Of a DNA stretch of 64,000 bases, positions 55,109 to 64,000 are shown one piece after another. Made by a program: the position numbers and the translations under genes. Positions within the stretch are counted from its first letter, which is position 1, and each line of letters starts with the position of its first letter. The notes beneath the pieces were generated by a model. The model had not been told where the DNA came from, did not search any database, and saw only the letters and a program-made list of their open reading frames with translations. This DNA is from an uncultured Acidimicrobiia bacterium (lineage in GTDB: Bacteria > Actinomycetota > Acidimicrobiia > IMCC26256 > PALSA-555), in contig CAVSWW010000011.1 in the NCBI GenBank assembly GCA_963731815.1, positions 741,603 through 805,602 of the forward strand, read 5' to 3'.

Positions 55109-55239
55109 TCGCGCACATCGGCGGCGTGCCGGTGGAGGAGACGCTGCTGCCGCTGCTCAGCGGGGTGAGCGTCCTGGTGCTCGTGCGCACCTGGGTCGCG
55201 ACCCGCTTCCGGCGCGCACGGGCCCCACGGGCATCGTGA
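55105..55239 (+). CDS. 44-aa single-TM small protein (absent from the ORF track)
   Basis: GTGA overlap with DUF899 stop; MIAHIGGVPVEETLLPLLSGVSVLVLVRTWVATRFRRARAPRAS; GC3-rich. Confidence 0.55.
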   Translation: MIAHIGGVPVEETLLPLLSGVSVLVLVRTWVATRFRRARAPRAS

Positions 55240-55355
55240 GCTAGCCGCGCCAGCGAGCCGGGGTGTGACACTCGTCGCACCACCGTCCCCTTTCGGTCGT
55301 CCGGTGGATCCGCGATGATCAGGTCCACGAGGGCAGCCGAAGCGGGGGCGAGGTG

Positions 55356-56732
55356 ATGAGCATGTCGTCGATCGACGCATTGCGAGCCCAGGTCAGTGGC
55401 GAGGTGATCACTCCCAGCGACGACGGGTACGAGGACGCGCGCAAGGTCTACAACGGCATGATCGACAAGCGGCCCGCGGCGGTCGTGCGATGCCGTGGAA
55501 CTGCCGACGTCGCCGCCGTCATCGGTCTCGCTCGCGCGGAGGGTCTCGATCTCTCGGTGCGCGGGGGTGCGCACAGCGCGCCCGGGTTCGGCACGAACGA
55601 CGGCGGGCTGGTCATCGATCTCAGCCCGCTGCAGGACGTCGTCGTGGCGCCCGACACCCAGACCGCGCGCGCCGGGGGCGGTTGTACCTGGGCCGGGTTC
55701 AACGACGCCACGCACGAGCACGGCTTGGCGACGACGGGGGGCATCATCGGTTCGACGGGGATCGGCGGCCTGACCCTCGGCGGGGGCATCGGATACCTGT
55801 CGCGCAAGTACGGGCTGTCGTGCGACAACCTCGTGTCGGCCGAGGTCGTCACCGCCGACGGGCAGGTGCTCACCGCCAGCGAGCGCGACAACAGCGATCT
55901 GTTCTGGGCGCTGCGCGGCGGCGGCGGGAACTTCGGTGTCGTGACGACGTTCGAGTACCAGCTGCACCCGGTGGCCGAGATCTACGGCGGACCGATCGCC
56001 TATCCCGCCGACCGGATCGACGACGTGCTGCGCTTCTTCCGCGAGTACATCGACGAGGCCCCGGAGGAGCTGGGCGGGTTCATCGGGTTCCATCTGGCAC
56101 CGCCGCTGCCGTTCCTGCCCGAGGAGTGGCACTTCAAGAACGTGTGCCTCGCGGTGCTCTGCTGGGCCGGCCCGGTCGAGCAGGGCGAGAAGATGGTCCA
56201 GCCGTTCCTCGACGTCGTCGAACCCGTCGGGTCACACGTCGGCCCGATGCCGTATCCGGCGCTCAACACGGCGTTCGACGCGCTGCTCCCGGCCGGGCTC
56301 CAGCACTACTGGAAGTCGAGCTTCGCCCGCGAGATGAGCGACGACGCGATCGCGGTGCACAAGAAGTACGGCGCGACGGTCCCTGCGCTCCAGTTCGCCG
56401 TGCACCTCTATCCACTCAATGGCGCCGTGCAGCGAGTCGGTGCCGACGAGACCGCGTTCGCGTATCGCGACATGAGCTTCTCGCCCGTCATCGCCGGCAT
56501 GTGGGAGGACCCGGCCGACAACGAGCAGAACATCGCCTGGGTGCGGAGCTACTTCGAGGCGCTGAAGCCCTACTCCGCCGAAGGTGGCTACGTGAACTTC
56601 ATGGACGACGACGACCAGTCCCGCGTCGAGGACAACTACCGAGGCGACTACGCACGGTTGGCCAAGATCAAGGCCGAGTACGACCCCACCAACCTGTTCC
56701 ACCTCAACCAGAACATCCGACCGGCCGCATAA
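55356..56732 (+). CDS. FAD-binding oxidoreductase (berberine bridge/6-HDNO family)
   Basis: VRGGAHS, GGLTLGGGIG, LFWALRGGGGNFGVVT, GYVNF, YDPTNLF..NQNI. Confidence 0.9.
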   Translation: MSMSSIDALRAQVSGEVITPSDDGYEDARKVYNGMIDKRPAAVVRCRGTADVAAVIGLARAEGLDLSVRGGAHSAPGFGTNDGGLVIDLSPLQDVVVAPDTQTARAGGGCTWAGFNDATHEHGLATTGGIIGSTGIGGLTLGGGIGYLSRKYGLSCDNLVSAEVVTADGQVLTASERDNSDLFWALRGGGGNFGVVTTFEYQLHPVAEIYGGPIAYPADRIDDVLRFFREYIDEAPEELGGFIGFHLAPPLPFLPEEWHFKNVCLAVLCWAGPVEQGEKMVQPFLDVVEPVGSHVGPMPYPALNTAFDALLPAGLQHYWKSSFAREMSDDAIAVHKKYGATVPALQFAVHLYPLNGAVQRVGADETAFAYRDMSFSPVIAGMWEDPADNEQNIAWVRSYFEALKPYSAEGGYVNFMDDDDQSRVEDNYRGDYARLAKIKAEYDPTNLFHLNQNIRPAA

Positions 56733-56738
56733 GCCCGC

Positions 56739-57803
56739 GTGAGGGTCCGCGCCGTGCCGACCCGAGTGGTGCAGTGGACGACGGGCAACGTCGGCAAGGA
56801 GTCGGTGAAGGCGATCGTCGCCAACCCCGACCTCGAGCTCGTCGGCTGCTTCGCGTGGTCCGACGACAAGGTCGGCGCCGACGTCGGGGAGCTGGTCGGC
56901 ATCGAGCCGCTCGGCGTCGCCGCCACCAACGACGTCGACGCGCTGCTCGGGCTGCAGCCCGACTGCGTCGTCTACAACCCGATGTGGCCGTCGGTCGACG
57001 AGCTCGTGCGCATCCTCGAAGCGGGTGTGAACGTGGTGAGCACCGCGGCGTTCATCAACGGGCGCCGCCTCGGCGCCGAGCGCGATCGGCTGGTCGCCGC
57101 CTGCGAGCAAGGGCGTTCGTCGCTCTTCGGCACCGGCGTCAGCCCCGGCTTCGCCGAGCTGATCGCGATCACCGTCGCCGGCATGAGCAGCCGGATCGAC
57201 AAGGTGACCGTGTGCGAGACGGCCGACACGACGCTCTACGACTCGCCCGACACGGAGCGACTGGCCGGCTTCGGGCATCCGATCGACCATCCCGGGCTCC
57301 ACGACATGGCTCGCGAGGGCACTGCCGTCTTCGGCGAGGCCGTCGCGATGGTCGCCGATGCGCTGGGCGTCGAGCTCGACGAGATCGTCTGCGAGTCCGA
57401 GTTCGCGCAGACGACCGCAGACCTCGAGATGGCGTCGTGGACGATCCCCGCCGGGCACGTGGCCGGCGTCGCGGCCAGCTGGCAGGGCCGCCGCGGCGAC
57501 CGCACGCTGATCGACCTGAACGTGCGGTGGAAGAAGGGGACGACGCTCGATCCCGACTGGGTCATCGAGCGGGACGGGTGGGTGATCACCGTCGACGGGC
57601 TCCCGACGGCGACGGCGACGCTCGACTTCCTCCCGCCGCCCGACTTCGTCGGCGAGACGATCGAGGACTTCATGGTCATCGGCCACATCATCACCGCGGT
57701 CCCCGCACTCAACGCCATCCCGTCGGTCGTGGCCGCGCCGCCGGGCATCGTGAGCTACCCGGACCTCGGCTTCCCCCTGCCCCGTGGCTGGGTCCCCTCC
57801 TAG
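56739..57803 (+). CDS. Dihydrodipicolinate reductase-like / 2,4-diaminopentanoate dehydrogenase family
   Basis: VVQWTTGNVG, K.G.D.GEL, LEAGVNVVS, GTGVSPG, NAIP.VVAAPPGI. Confidence 0.8.
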   Translation: MRVRAVPTRVVQWTTGNVGKESVKAIVANPDLELVGCFAWSDDKVGADVGELVGIEPLGVAATNDVDALLGLQPDCVVYNPMWPSVDELVRILEAGVNVVSTAAFINGRRLGAERDRLVAACEQGRSSLFGTGVSPGFAELIAITVAGMSSRIDKVTVCETADTTLYDSPDTERLAGFGHPIDHPGLHDMAREGTAVFGEAVAMVADALGVELDEIVCESEFAQTTADLEMASWTIPAGHVAGVAASWQGRRGDRTLIDLNVRWKKGTTLDPDWVIERDGWVITVDGLPTATATLDFLPPPDFVGETIEDFMVIGHIITAVPALNAIPSVVAAPPGIVSYPDLGFPLPRGWVPS

Positions 57804-57842
57804 GTTGGACGTCGTGCTCGCCGCGCAACGCCGGACGACCAT

Positions 57843-59250
57843 GTGAGGGTCGTCATCGTCGGCGCCGGGCTCGGCGGCCTCGCCGCGGGCCTGCAGCTGG
57901 CGCGCGACGGCCACGAGGTCACGCTCCTCGAGCGAGATCCTGCCGGAACCCCTGACGGATCCGGAGCTGGCCTTCAGTGACTGGCACCGACCCGGGACGC
58001 CGCACGCGCGCCTTCATCACACGTTCTCGGCGCGTGCGCGCCTCGAGCTCGAGCAGCACACGCCGGATGTGCTCCAGGATCTCCTCGACATCGGCGTCAC
58101 GGTGCGTGACCTCGCGCCCGCGATGCCCGACGCGCAACCCCAGGACGCCGCCTTGAAGGCCTTGTGCGCGCGCCGTCCGGTCGTCGAATGGGCCCTGCGT
58201 CGCGCGGCGGACGCGACGCCCGGTCTTCGCCTGGTGACGGGCATGCCGGTGACCCAGCTCGTCGTCGAGGGCACGAGCCCGGCAACGGTGTCGGGTGTCG
58301 TCTGCGATGGCGAGGCGATCCGCGGCGACCTGGTCGTCGACGCCGGTGGTCGGCGTTCGCCCGTGCGGCGCTGGCTCGAGGACGCGCACGTCGACCTCGG
58401 TGTCGTGGAGCGTTCACCGTGCGGGATCGCATACAGCAGCCGCTACTTCCGGCGCCGAGAGGGCGTCGACGTGCCGAAGTTGCGCGCGGCGGTCGTCGAG
58501 CTGGGCGATCTCGGGTTCATGGGCTTCGGCATCGGTCGGGCCGACGCGGGTGCCTACTCCGTGCTCTTTGCCTTCCCGGCGCAGGACAAGGAGCTTCGCG
58601 TGCTCACGCAACGCGCAGCATGGGACGCCGCGGCACAGCTGCTCGAGCGCACGAGCGTCTTCGTCGACCCCGCGGTCGGTACGCCGTTGATGGATCCCGC
58701 TCCGATGCACGGCCTCGAGAACGTGCTCGCTCCCTGGTTCGGAGATGGCCGGCCGGTGGCCCGACACTTCGCCGCGATCGGTGACAGCTGGTTCACCACG
58801 GACCCGTTGTTCGGGTGGGGCGCGTCGTTTGCGCTCGCGCACGGCTTCGGAGTGGCCGACGCGGTTCGTCAGCATGGCCACGACGTCGACAGCGCGGTCA
58901 CGCACTTCCACGACACGCACCGGGAAGAAGTCGAGCAACGGTTCGCACTCTCGTGTCAACAGGACCGAGGTCGGACAACCATCTGGAGCGGGGCTCCGAT
59001 CGATCCTGCTTCGGACGACATCAAGCAAGAGGCGCTGCTCTTTGGGCTCACTCGAGTTGCGAAGCACGATGCCGGCGCGAGAGATGCGCTCGTGCGCCGT
59101 CAGAGTCTCCTGGCATTGCCGAACGACGTCTGGCGCGACGACGCCCTGGTGGATCGCGTCAACGACGCTCTCGCCACCCATCCGTTCGACCCGCACCGCA
59201 CGTCACCCGGGCCCAGCCGCGCAGAGCTCCTCGAACACTTGAAGACGTAA
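57843..59250 (+). CDS. FAD-dependent oxidoreductase/monooxygenase; one frameshift near 57950
   Basis: VVIVGAGLGGL..VTLLERD, DLVVDAGGRRS, IGDS...DP..GWG. Confidence 0.78.
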
Positions 59251-59258
59251 GCCCGCGG

Positions 59259-60317
59259 TCAGGAGCTTGCCGCGACCGTCCGGACGTGCGCCATCTGCGC
59301 GTCGAACTCCTCGGCGGCGCGTTCGTCGTTGGCCATCTCGGCATCCAGGTCGGTCTCGGCGAAGGCCATGACGCCCATGTCGGTGAAGGCCCGCTGGATG
59401 CGGGGTCCCCACAGACCGATGTCCTTGAGGATCGGGACGATCCGCATGAAGAGGAACGAGCGGAAGCTGCGCATGCTCTCGCTGTGTTCGACGTACTCGG
59501 CGACCTCCGGGTCGAGCTCGAGGCGTTCCCAGACCTCTTCGCCGAGGAATCGGTCTCGCATCAGGTAGCAGGCGTCGACGCAGAACTCTTCGCGTTCGTC
59601 GCGCTCGGCGGCCGTCAGCTCCGGATAGAGGTCGCGCAGCGCCAGCCGACCGAAGGTCACGTGGCGGGCCTCGTCCTGCATCACGTACGCGTTGATGGCG
59701 CGGGCGAGGGGATCGGTGGCGAGGTTGCGGATGGTGCCGAAGGCCGCGAGTGCGAGACCCTCGATGATCACCTGCATGCCCAGGTAGGTGAAGTCCCAGC
59801 GTGCGTCGCTGATCGTGTCGTCCAGCAACGACTGCAGATGCGGGTTCATCGGGTACACGAGCTGGATCTTCTCGTGGAGGTAGCGGCTGTACACCTCGAC
59901 GTGGCGCGCCTCGTCGATCACTTGCGTGGCCGCGTAGAACTTCGAGTCGATGTCGGGCACCGTCTGCACGATCTTCGCCGCACAGATCAGGGCTCCCTGC
60001 TCACCGTGCATGAACTGGCTGAAGCGCCACGCTTCGATGTGACGACGGACCTCGCCCCGCCGCGTCTCGTCCATCGCCTCCCACCAGGGTGTGCCGGCGA
60101 TCGGGATCATCTCGTCGGGCCAGCCGACGGGGTTGTCGGGATCGATCTCGAGCGTCCAGTCGATGCGATCGCTCCCGATCCATTGCCGCCGGGTTCCCTT
60201 GTCGTAGAGCCGGAGCAGCTGCTCGCGGCCGTCGGTGTACCCGAAGTCGAAGATCGTGGTCACGGGGCTGTCGATGCCGAGATGACCGGATCCCGCCTGA
60301 TCAGTCATGGAGCTCAT
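59259..60317 (-). CDS. Ferritin-like diiron protein (AurF-like oxygenase)
   Basis: QFMHGEQGA, DEARH, IIEGLA, QDEARH; AGGGGAG RBS. Confidence 0.8.
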   Translation of the reverse strand: MSSMTDQAGSGHLGIDSPVTTIFDFGYTDGREQLLRLYDKGTRRQWIGSDRIDWTLEIDPDNPVGWPDEMIPIAGTPWWEAMDETRRGEVRRHIEAWRFSQFMHGEQGALICAAKIVQTVPDIDSKFYAATQVIDEARHVEVYSRYLHEKIQLVYPMNPHLQSLLDDTISDARWDFTYLGMQVIIEGLALAAFGTIRNLATDPLARAINAYVMQDEARHVTFGRLALRDLYPELTAAERDEREEFCVDACYLMRDRFLGEEVWERLELDPEVAEYVEHSESMRSFRSFLFMRIVPILKDIGLWGPRIQRAFTDMGVMAFAETDLDAEMANDERAAEEFDAQMAHVRTVAASS

Positions 60318-60433
60318 CGCCTGCTCCCCTTTGAACTCGCCGCCGATGCCGTGAGTCTCGCGCCCGGGAGCCGCGACGGGAAAGGCTTCCCGGCGAGGGT
60401 TGCGCGACACTGCTGGGGTCGACGGGAGGGCGC

Positions 60434-61680
60434 ATGTCGATCGATGCTCGGACCCGACTCCACAAGGACGTCCGCACGCTCGAGCGAGACGAGGTCTTCG
60501 ACTCGGTGCTGCCGGGCGCGATCGCGGTCCACGGTGACCTCGCCGGTCGCGGCGTCGCGTACAAGGAGCTGCCGGCGGTCGGCCTCGACGTCGACGGCCG
60601 GTCCGTGACGCTGATCGAGTCGGGCGGCACGCTGGCGATGCGTGACGGACTCGACGACGCCCGTCTCGTCGCGAACATGCCGGCCGATGCGCTGTCCGAC
60701 CTGATCCAGGACTCCCAGTCGACCATGGGCCTCGCGATGACCTCGCGGGTGCAGATCACCGCCGGCACGATCTCCGACTGGATCGGCTGGGAGCCCGCGC
60801 TGCGCGCGCTGCTCGACGGGCGCAAGGTCCACGAGACCGGTGACGTCACGTTCACCGACCTCGACGGCGGCGAGCTCGACCTCGGCCGCACCTTCTCCCT
60901 CGACGACGACCGCGAGGAGATGCGGAACTTCGTCGAGCAGGCGGGCTTCCTCCACGTCCGCAACGTGTTCGACGAGGACGAGATGGCGACGATCGGCGCC
61001 GACATCGACGAGTGGATCGCGAAGGCGACGCCCGACGACGGCGAGTCGTGGTGGGCCGTCGACGAAGACGGCCTGGACCAGGCCGTGCGCGTCCTCTTCT
61101 TCTACGACAAGTCGGCCGCGCTGCGCGAGCTGGTCCACGACGACCGGTACCAGTGGATCGGTGACCTCACCGGCGACGGACACAAGCACAAGGGCGGCGG
61201 CGAAGGACTCGTCAAGCCGCTCGGGATCGTGCGGGGCCTCTCCGACCTGCCGTGGCACAAGGACTGCGGCCAGGGCCTGCACTCGTACATCTGCAGCGGG
61301 CTGACGTGCGGCATCTCGGTGACGGGCGCCGACCGCACCAGCGGCGCGCTCGGCGTGATCCCGGGGACCCACCGCGCCAACACGATGGCGACCAGCCGCG
61401 ATCCGAAGCTCGACCTGCAGCCCCGCATGCTCGAGACCAACACCGGTGACGTGACCGTGCACTGCAGCGACACGCTCCACCCGCGCACCCGCCGATCGAG
61501 CGTCCGCGCAAGGTCGTGTACTCGGGCTTCGGCCTGCCGCCGCTGCCCGGTGACGAGATCGCGCCGGATCCCCGATACAGCAAGGAAGCCCGGGCCGAGC
61601 TCAGCAGCGTCCAGGACCGAATTGAAGCGGCCGACAACCAGGACACGCCCGGCCGATACCGCGCCGGCCGGGGCCGTTGA
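60434..61680 (+). CDS. Phytanoyl-CoA dioxygenase (PhyH) family with N-terminal extension; one frameshift near 61485
   Basis: GFL, PWHKD (HxD), LGVIPGTH, GDVTVH...H; shifted tail PPIERPRKVVY...*. Confidence 0.78.
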
Positions 61681-61833
61681 CGTTCGGCGCGAGCCGCTGG
61701 AGCATGCGCGTCGAATCTCGCTGACGAGGAGGTTCGTCGACGGCGGACCGGAGACGGCCGGCGTTCGCTGGCGTCGGCACCGGCACGGGCTCACCGGGCG
61801 GGTGTCTTGTGCCTCCGAAGCAAGGAGGCGAAC

Positions 61834-62079
61834 ATGGCCGTCGAAGACGTCCGGCTCCGGGTACGCCGAGAGCTCGGGGAGATTGGAGTGAGCGTGGAGA
61901 GCGCGGCATATCTCGCCGAAGACCGCCCTCCCGGCGGGTGGGACTCGCTCGTCACCAGAGACGTGCTTCGCGCCGAGATCGCAGAGTTGCGGGCATCGCT
62001 CACGTGGCGCCTCGCGACCCTGGTCGTTGCCTCGCAGGGTGTCGTCGTCGCGGCGATCGCGGTGATCGTCAGTCGATGA
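61834..62079 (+). CDS. Small coiled-coil + C-terminal TM protein (DUF1640/CCDC90-like)
   Basis: AAGGAGG RBS; LVTRD.LRAEIAELR..L.W + TM. Confidence 0.6.
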   Translation: MAVEDVRLRVRRELGEIGVSVESAAYLAEDRPPGGWDSLVTRDVLRAEIAELRASLTWRLATLVVASQGVVVAAIAVIVSR

Positions 62080-62576
62080 TGCGCCGGTCGCCCCGCGCCG
62101 CCGCGCACCTCTCGCTTGCCCTGCTCGCATCCCTCGCCGTCCTCGTCGCCGGCGCCGCGGTCCCTGCAGCGGCCGGCTCGGGCAGCCGGAAAGCGTGCAA
62201 GCTGCTGAAGCCAGCGCAGATCGAGAAGGTCCTCGGCGCGCCGGCCGCGAAGTCCGACGTCGAGGGCACCCAGGTCGCGGGCGCCGAGTCGTGCGCGTAC
62301 GACGTCGGGCCCGGATTGGGCGAGCCCGGCGGCGCGCTCGTCATCGTCACCTACTACTCGGGCGCGCTCGCGAAGGGCATCGGCGCCGACATCAAGACCC
62401 GCGCCGAGCCGCTCTCGGAGGGCGTGGTGTGGGATCCGCTCGTCGCGGGCGCCTACGTGGTCAAGCCGAAGAAGGTCGTCGGCGTCTCGGTTTCCTACAC
62501 GAGCAGCGACCCGCCGGCCGACCAGCTCCAGCCCGAGACTGCGACGCTCACGAAGGCCGCGTCCAAGCGCGCCTAG
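62076..62576 (+). CDS. Secreted hypothetical protein (DUF3558-like)
   Basis: ATGA overlap; signal peptide; ACKLL...I...LG...C.Y. Confidence 0.6.
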   Translation: MMRRSPRAAAHLSLALLASLAVLVAGAAVPAAAGSGSRKACKLLKPAQIEKVLGAPAAKSDVEGTQVAGAESCAYDVGPGLGEPGGALVIVTYYSGALAKGIGADIKTRAEPLSEGVVWDPLVAGAYVVKPKKVVGVSVSYTSSDPPADQLQPETATLTKAASKRA

Positions 62577-64000
62577 TCGTCGTTGCTGCGCAGCGTGACG
62601 CCGGGGAGCGCGCCGGTGTGCTCGCCGTGCTCCATGAACACCTGGCCGTTGACGATCGTCGCGTCGTAGCCCGATGCCCGCTGCACGTAGCGGCTCGCGC
62701 CGAGCGGGAAGTCGTGCTGCACCGTCGGGCAGCGGCAGGGCGAGCGCGTCGAGGTCGATGATGTTGATGTCGGCGATATGCGCCTTCGACGAGCCGGCCC
62801 CGGTCCTTGATGCCGAACAGGTCGGCGGTGTCCGATGTGAGGCGGCGGACGCCCTCCTCGAGCGTCATGATCTGCCGGTCGCGCACCCAGTTGGCGAGCA
62901 GCCAGGTGGGCTGGCCGGCGTCCATGATCAGGCCCACGTGCACGCCGGAGTCGGCGAGCCCCAGCGCGCAGTAGTCCTTGCCGAGCATCCACTCGACGGC
63001 GTCGTCCTGCTGGTTGAGGAACGGGAAGCTGAAGACGGCCGCGCCGCGGGTCTCGTGCGAGATGTCGACGAACGCCTGCGCCGCGTCGACGCCCCGCCTG
63101 GATGCGTGTGCAGCGAGTGAGTCGTCGGGGGTGAATACGTAGTTCGCGGGCTCGGTGTCGAGCACGTAGACGCCCGACCAGTCCATGCCCGGCGTGGCGC
63201 GGGCGGACTCGATCAGCTCGGCCTTGCGGGCCGGATCGTCGAGCGCGGCGAGCCGCGCGTCGACGCCTTTGCCCGCGAGCTCCTTCCAGCCGGGGGAGCG
63301 GTCGAAGAAGGTGCGCATCTGGAGCCCGAAGAGCAGGGCGATCCCACGCGGCGTGGTCTGCGGACGGATGTCCCCGCCGTCGGCAGCTTCGGCCTCGACG
63401 CGCTCGAAGATCGTGCGGTACATGTCGGGCACGAGGTTCGTCTGGCCGATGCCGAACGTCACCGGTCGCCCGGTGCGGCGGCGGATGTCGGCCATCCAGT
63501 GGATCTCGGCGATCAGGTTCTCGTCGTTCTCGCCGCGCTGCTCGAATCGGGGTGCGACCTCGAAGACGCCGCGCTGGTGCTTGCCGAGCACGTCGCCGAT
63601 CGCGAACAGCTCGCGGGTGTCGGCCCACGTGCCGGGGACGGGCCGGCCGTCGGGCACATGGTGGAGCAGCGTGCGACTGCTCGCGAACCCGAGCGCGCCC
63701 GCGCCCATCGCCTCGTCGACGAGGTCGCACATCGCCGCGATGTCGTCGTCGGTGGCGATCTCGTCGCCCTCGGCCTCACCCCACGACAGGCCACGCTCGC
63801 CCATCACGTGATGACGGATGGCACAGTGACCGATCATCCCGCCGGCGTTGATGCCCTTCGGCAGCCAATCCAGGTCGGCGAGGTACTCGCCGTAGGTGGT
63901 CCAGTTCCACGACAGGCCGTCGAGGATCGAGTCGCGGGGGATGTCCTCGACCGACTCCATCAGCTCGGCCAGGTACTCGCGCTCGTCGGGCGCACACGGA
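62573..64000 (-). CDS. N-acyl-D-amino-acid deacylase family amidohydrolase (5' end outside window; frameshifts near 62720-62780)
   Basis: VEDIP..W.W.T..EY, GHCAIR, AGALGF, DSG.H, DRGRL, TIVNG..G..TG.LPG..LR. Confidence 0.85.

Noticed and set aside
60357-60396. Imperfect hairpin between the divergent diiron and PhyH genes as a riboswitch
   Set aside because: No recognisable aptamer consensus; such stems are common at this GC content
60434-61891. 485-aa PhyH with a long basic tail
   Set aside because: The tail arises from a frameshift near 61485; the natural-looking end is 61680

Overview
Very GC-rich bacterial DNA with an actinobacterial gene repertoire and style. Acidimicrobiia-like is an inference from gene content, TAnnnT leaderless starts and FurA-KatG. 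It is densely coding (about 65 CDS); no rRNA, tRNA, CRISPR array, transposase or phage genes were seen. 1-21.8 kb: lipid/sterol and xenobiotic tailoring genes (sterol desaturase, BVMO, two P450s, CrtA-like, DUF1295, PlsC, hydrolases), an ABC-2 exporter, a YciI/ECF42 pair, a DUF4242-adenylate cyclase fusion, and 7 copies of a REP-like hairpin. 21.9-28.8 kb is the most unusual block: an N-acyltransferase fused to a cNMP-binding domain, a GT4, a cold-shock protein, a group-2-like sigma70, and a split phenylphosphate-synthase/RPH-like dikinase whose ATP-grasp subunit is also fused to a cNMP domain. This is a candidate cAMP-gated small-molecule modification system. 35.6-39.8 kb: polyamine-type ABC importer with a perfect operator-like palindrome. 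42.1-47.8 kb: form I aerobic CO dehydrogenase cluster (mocA-coxMSL-coxF/YHS, no coxDE nearby). 47.8-53.5 kb: putA divergent from furA-katG. 53.6-64 kb: ArsR-SRPBCC-DUF899 operon, oxidoreductases/oxygenases and a D-aminoacylase. About a dozen genes carry single-base frameshifts that look like long-read consensus errors rather than true decay. All product calls come from motifs read by eye, not database searches.
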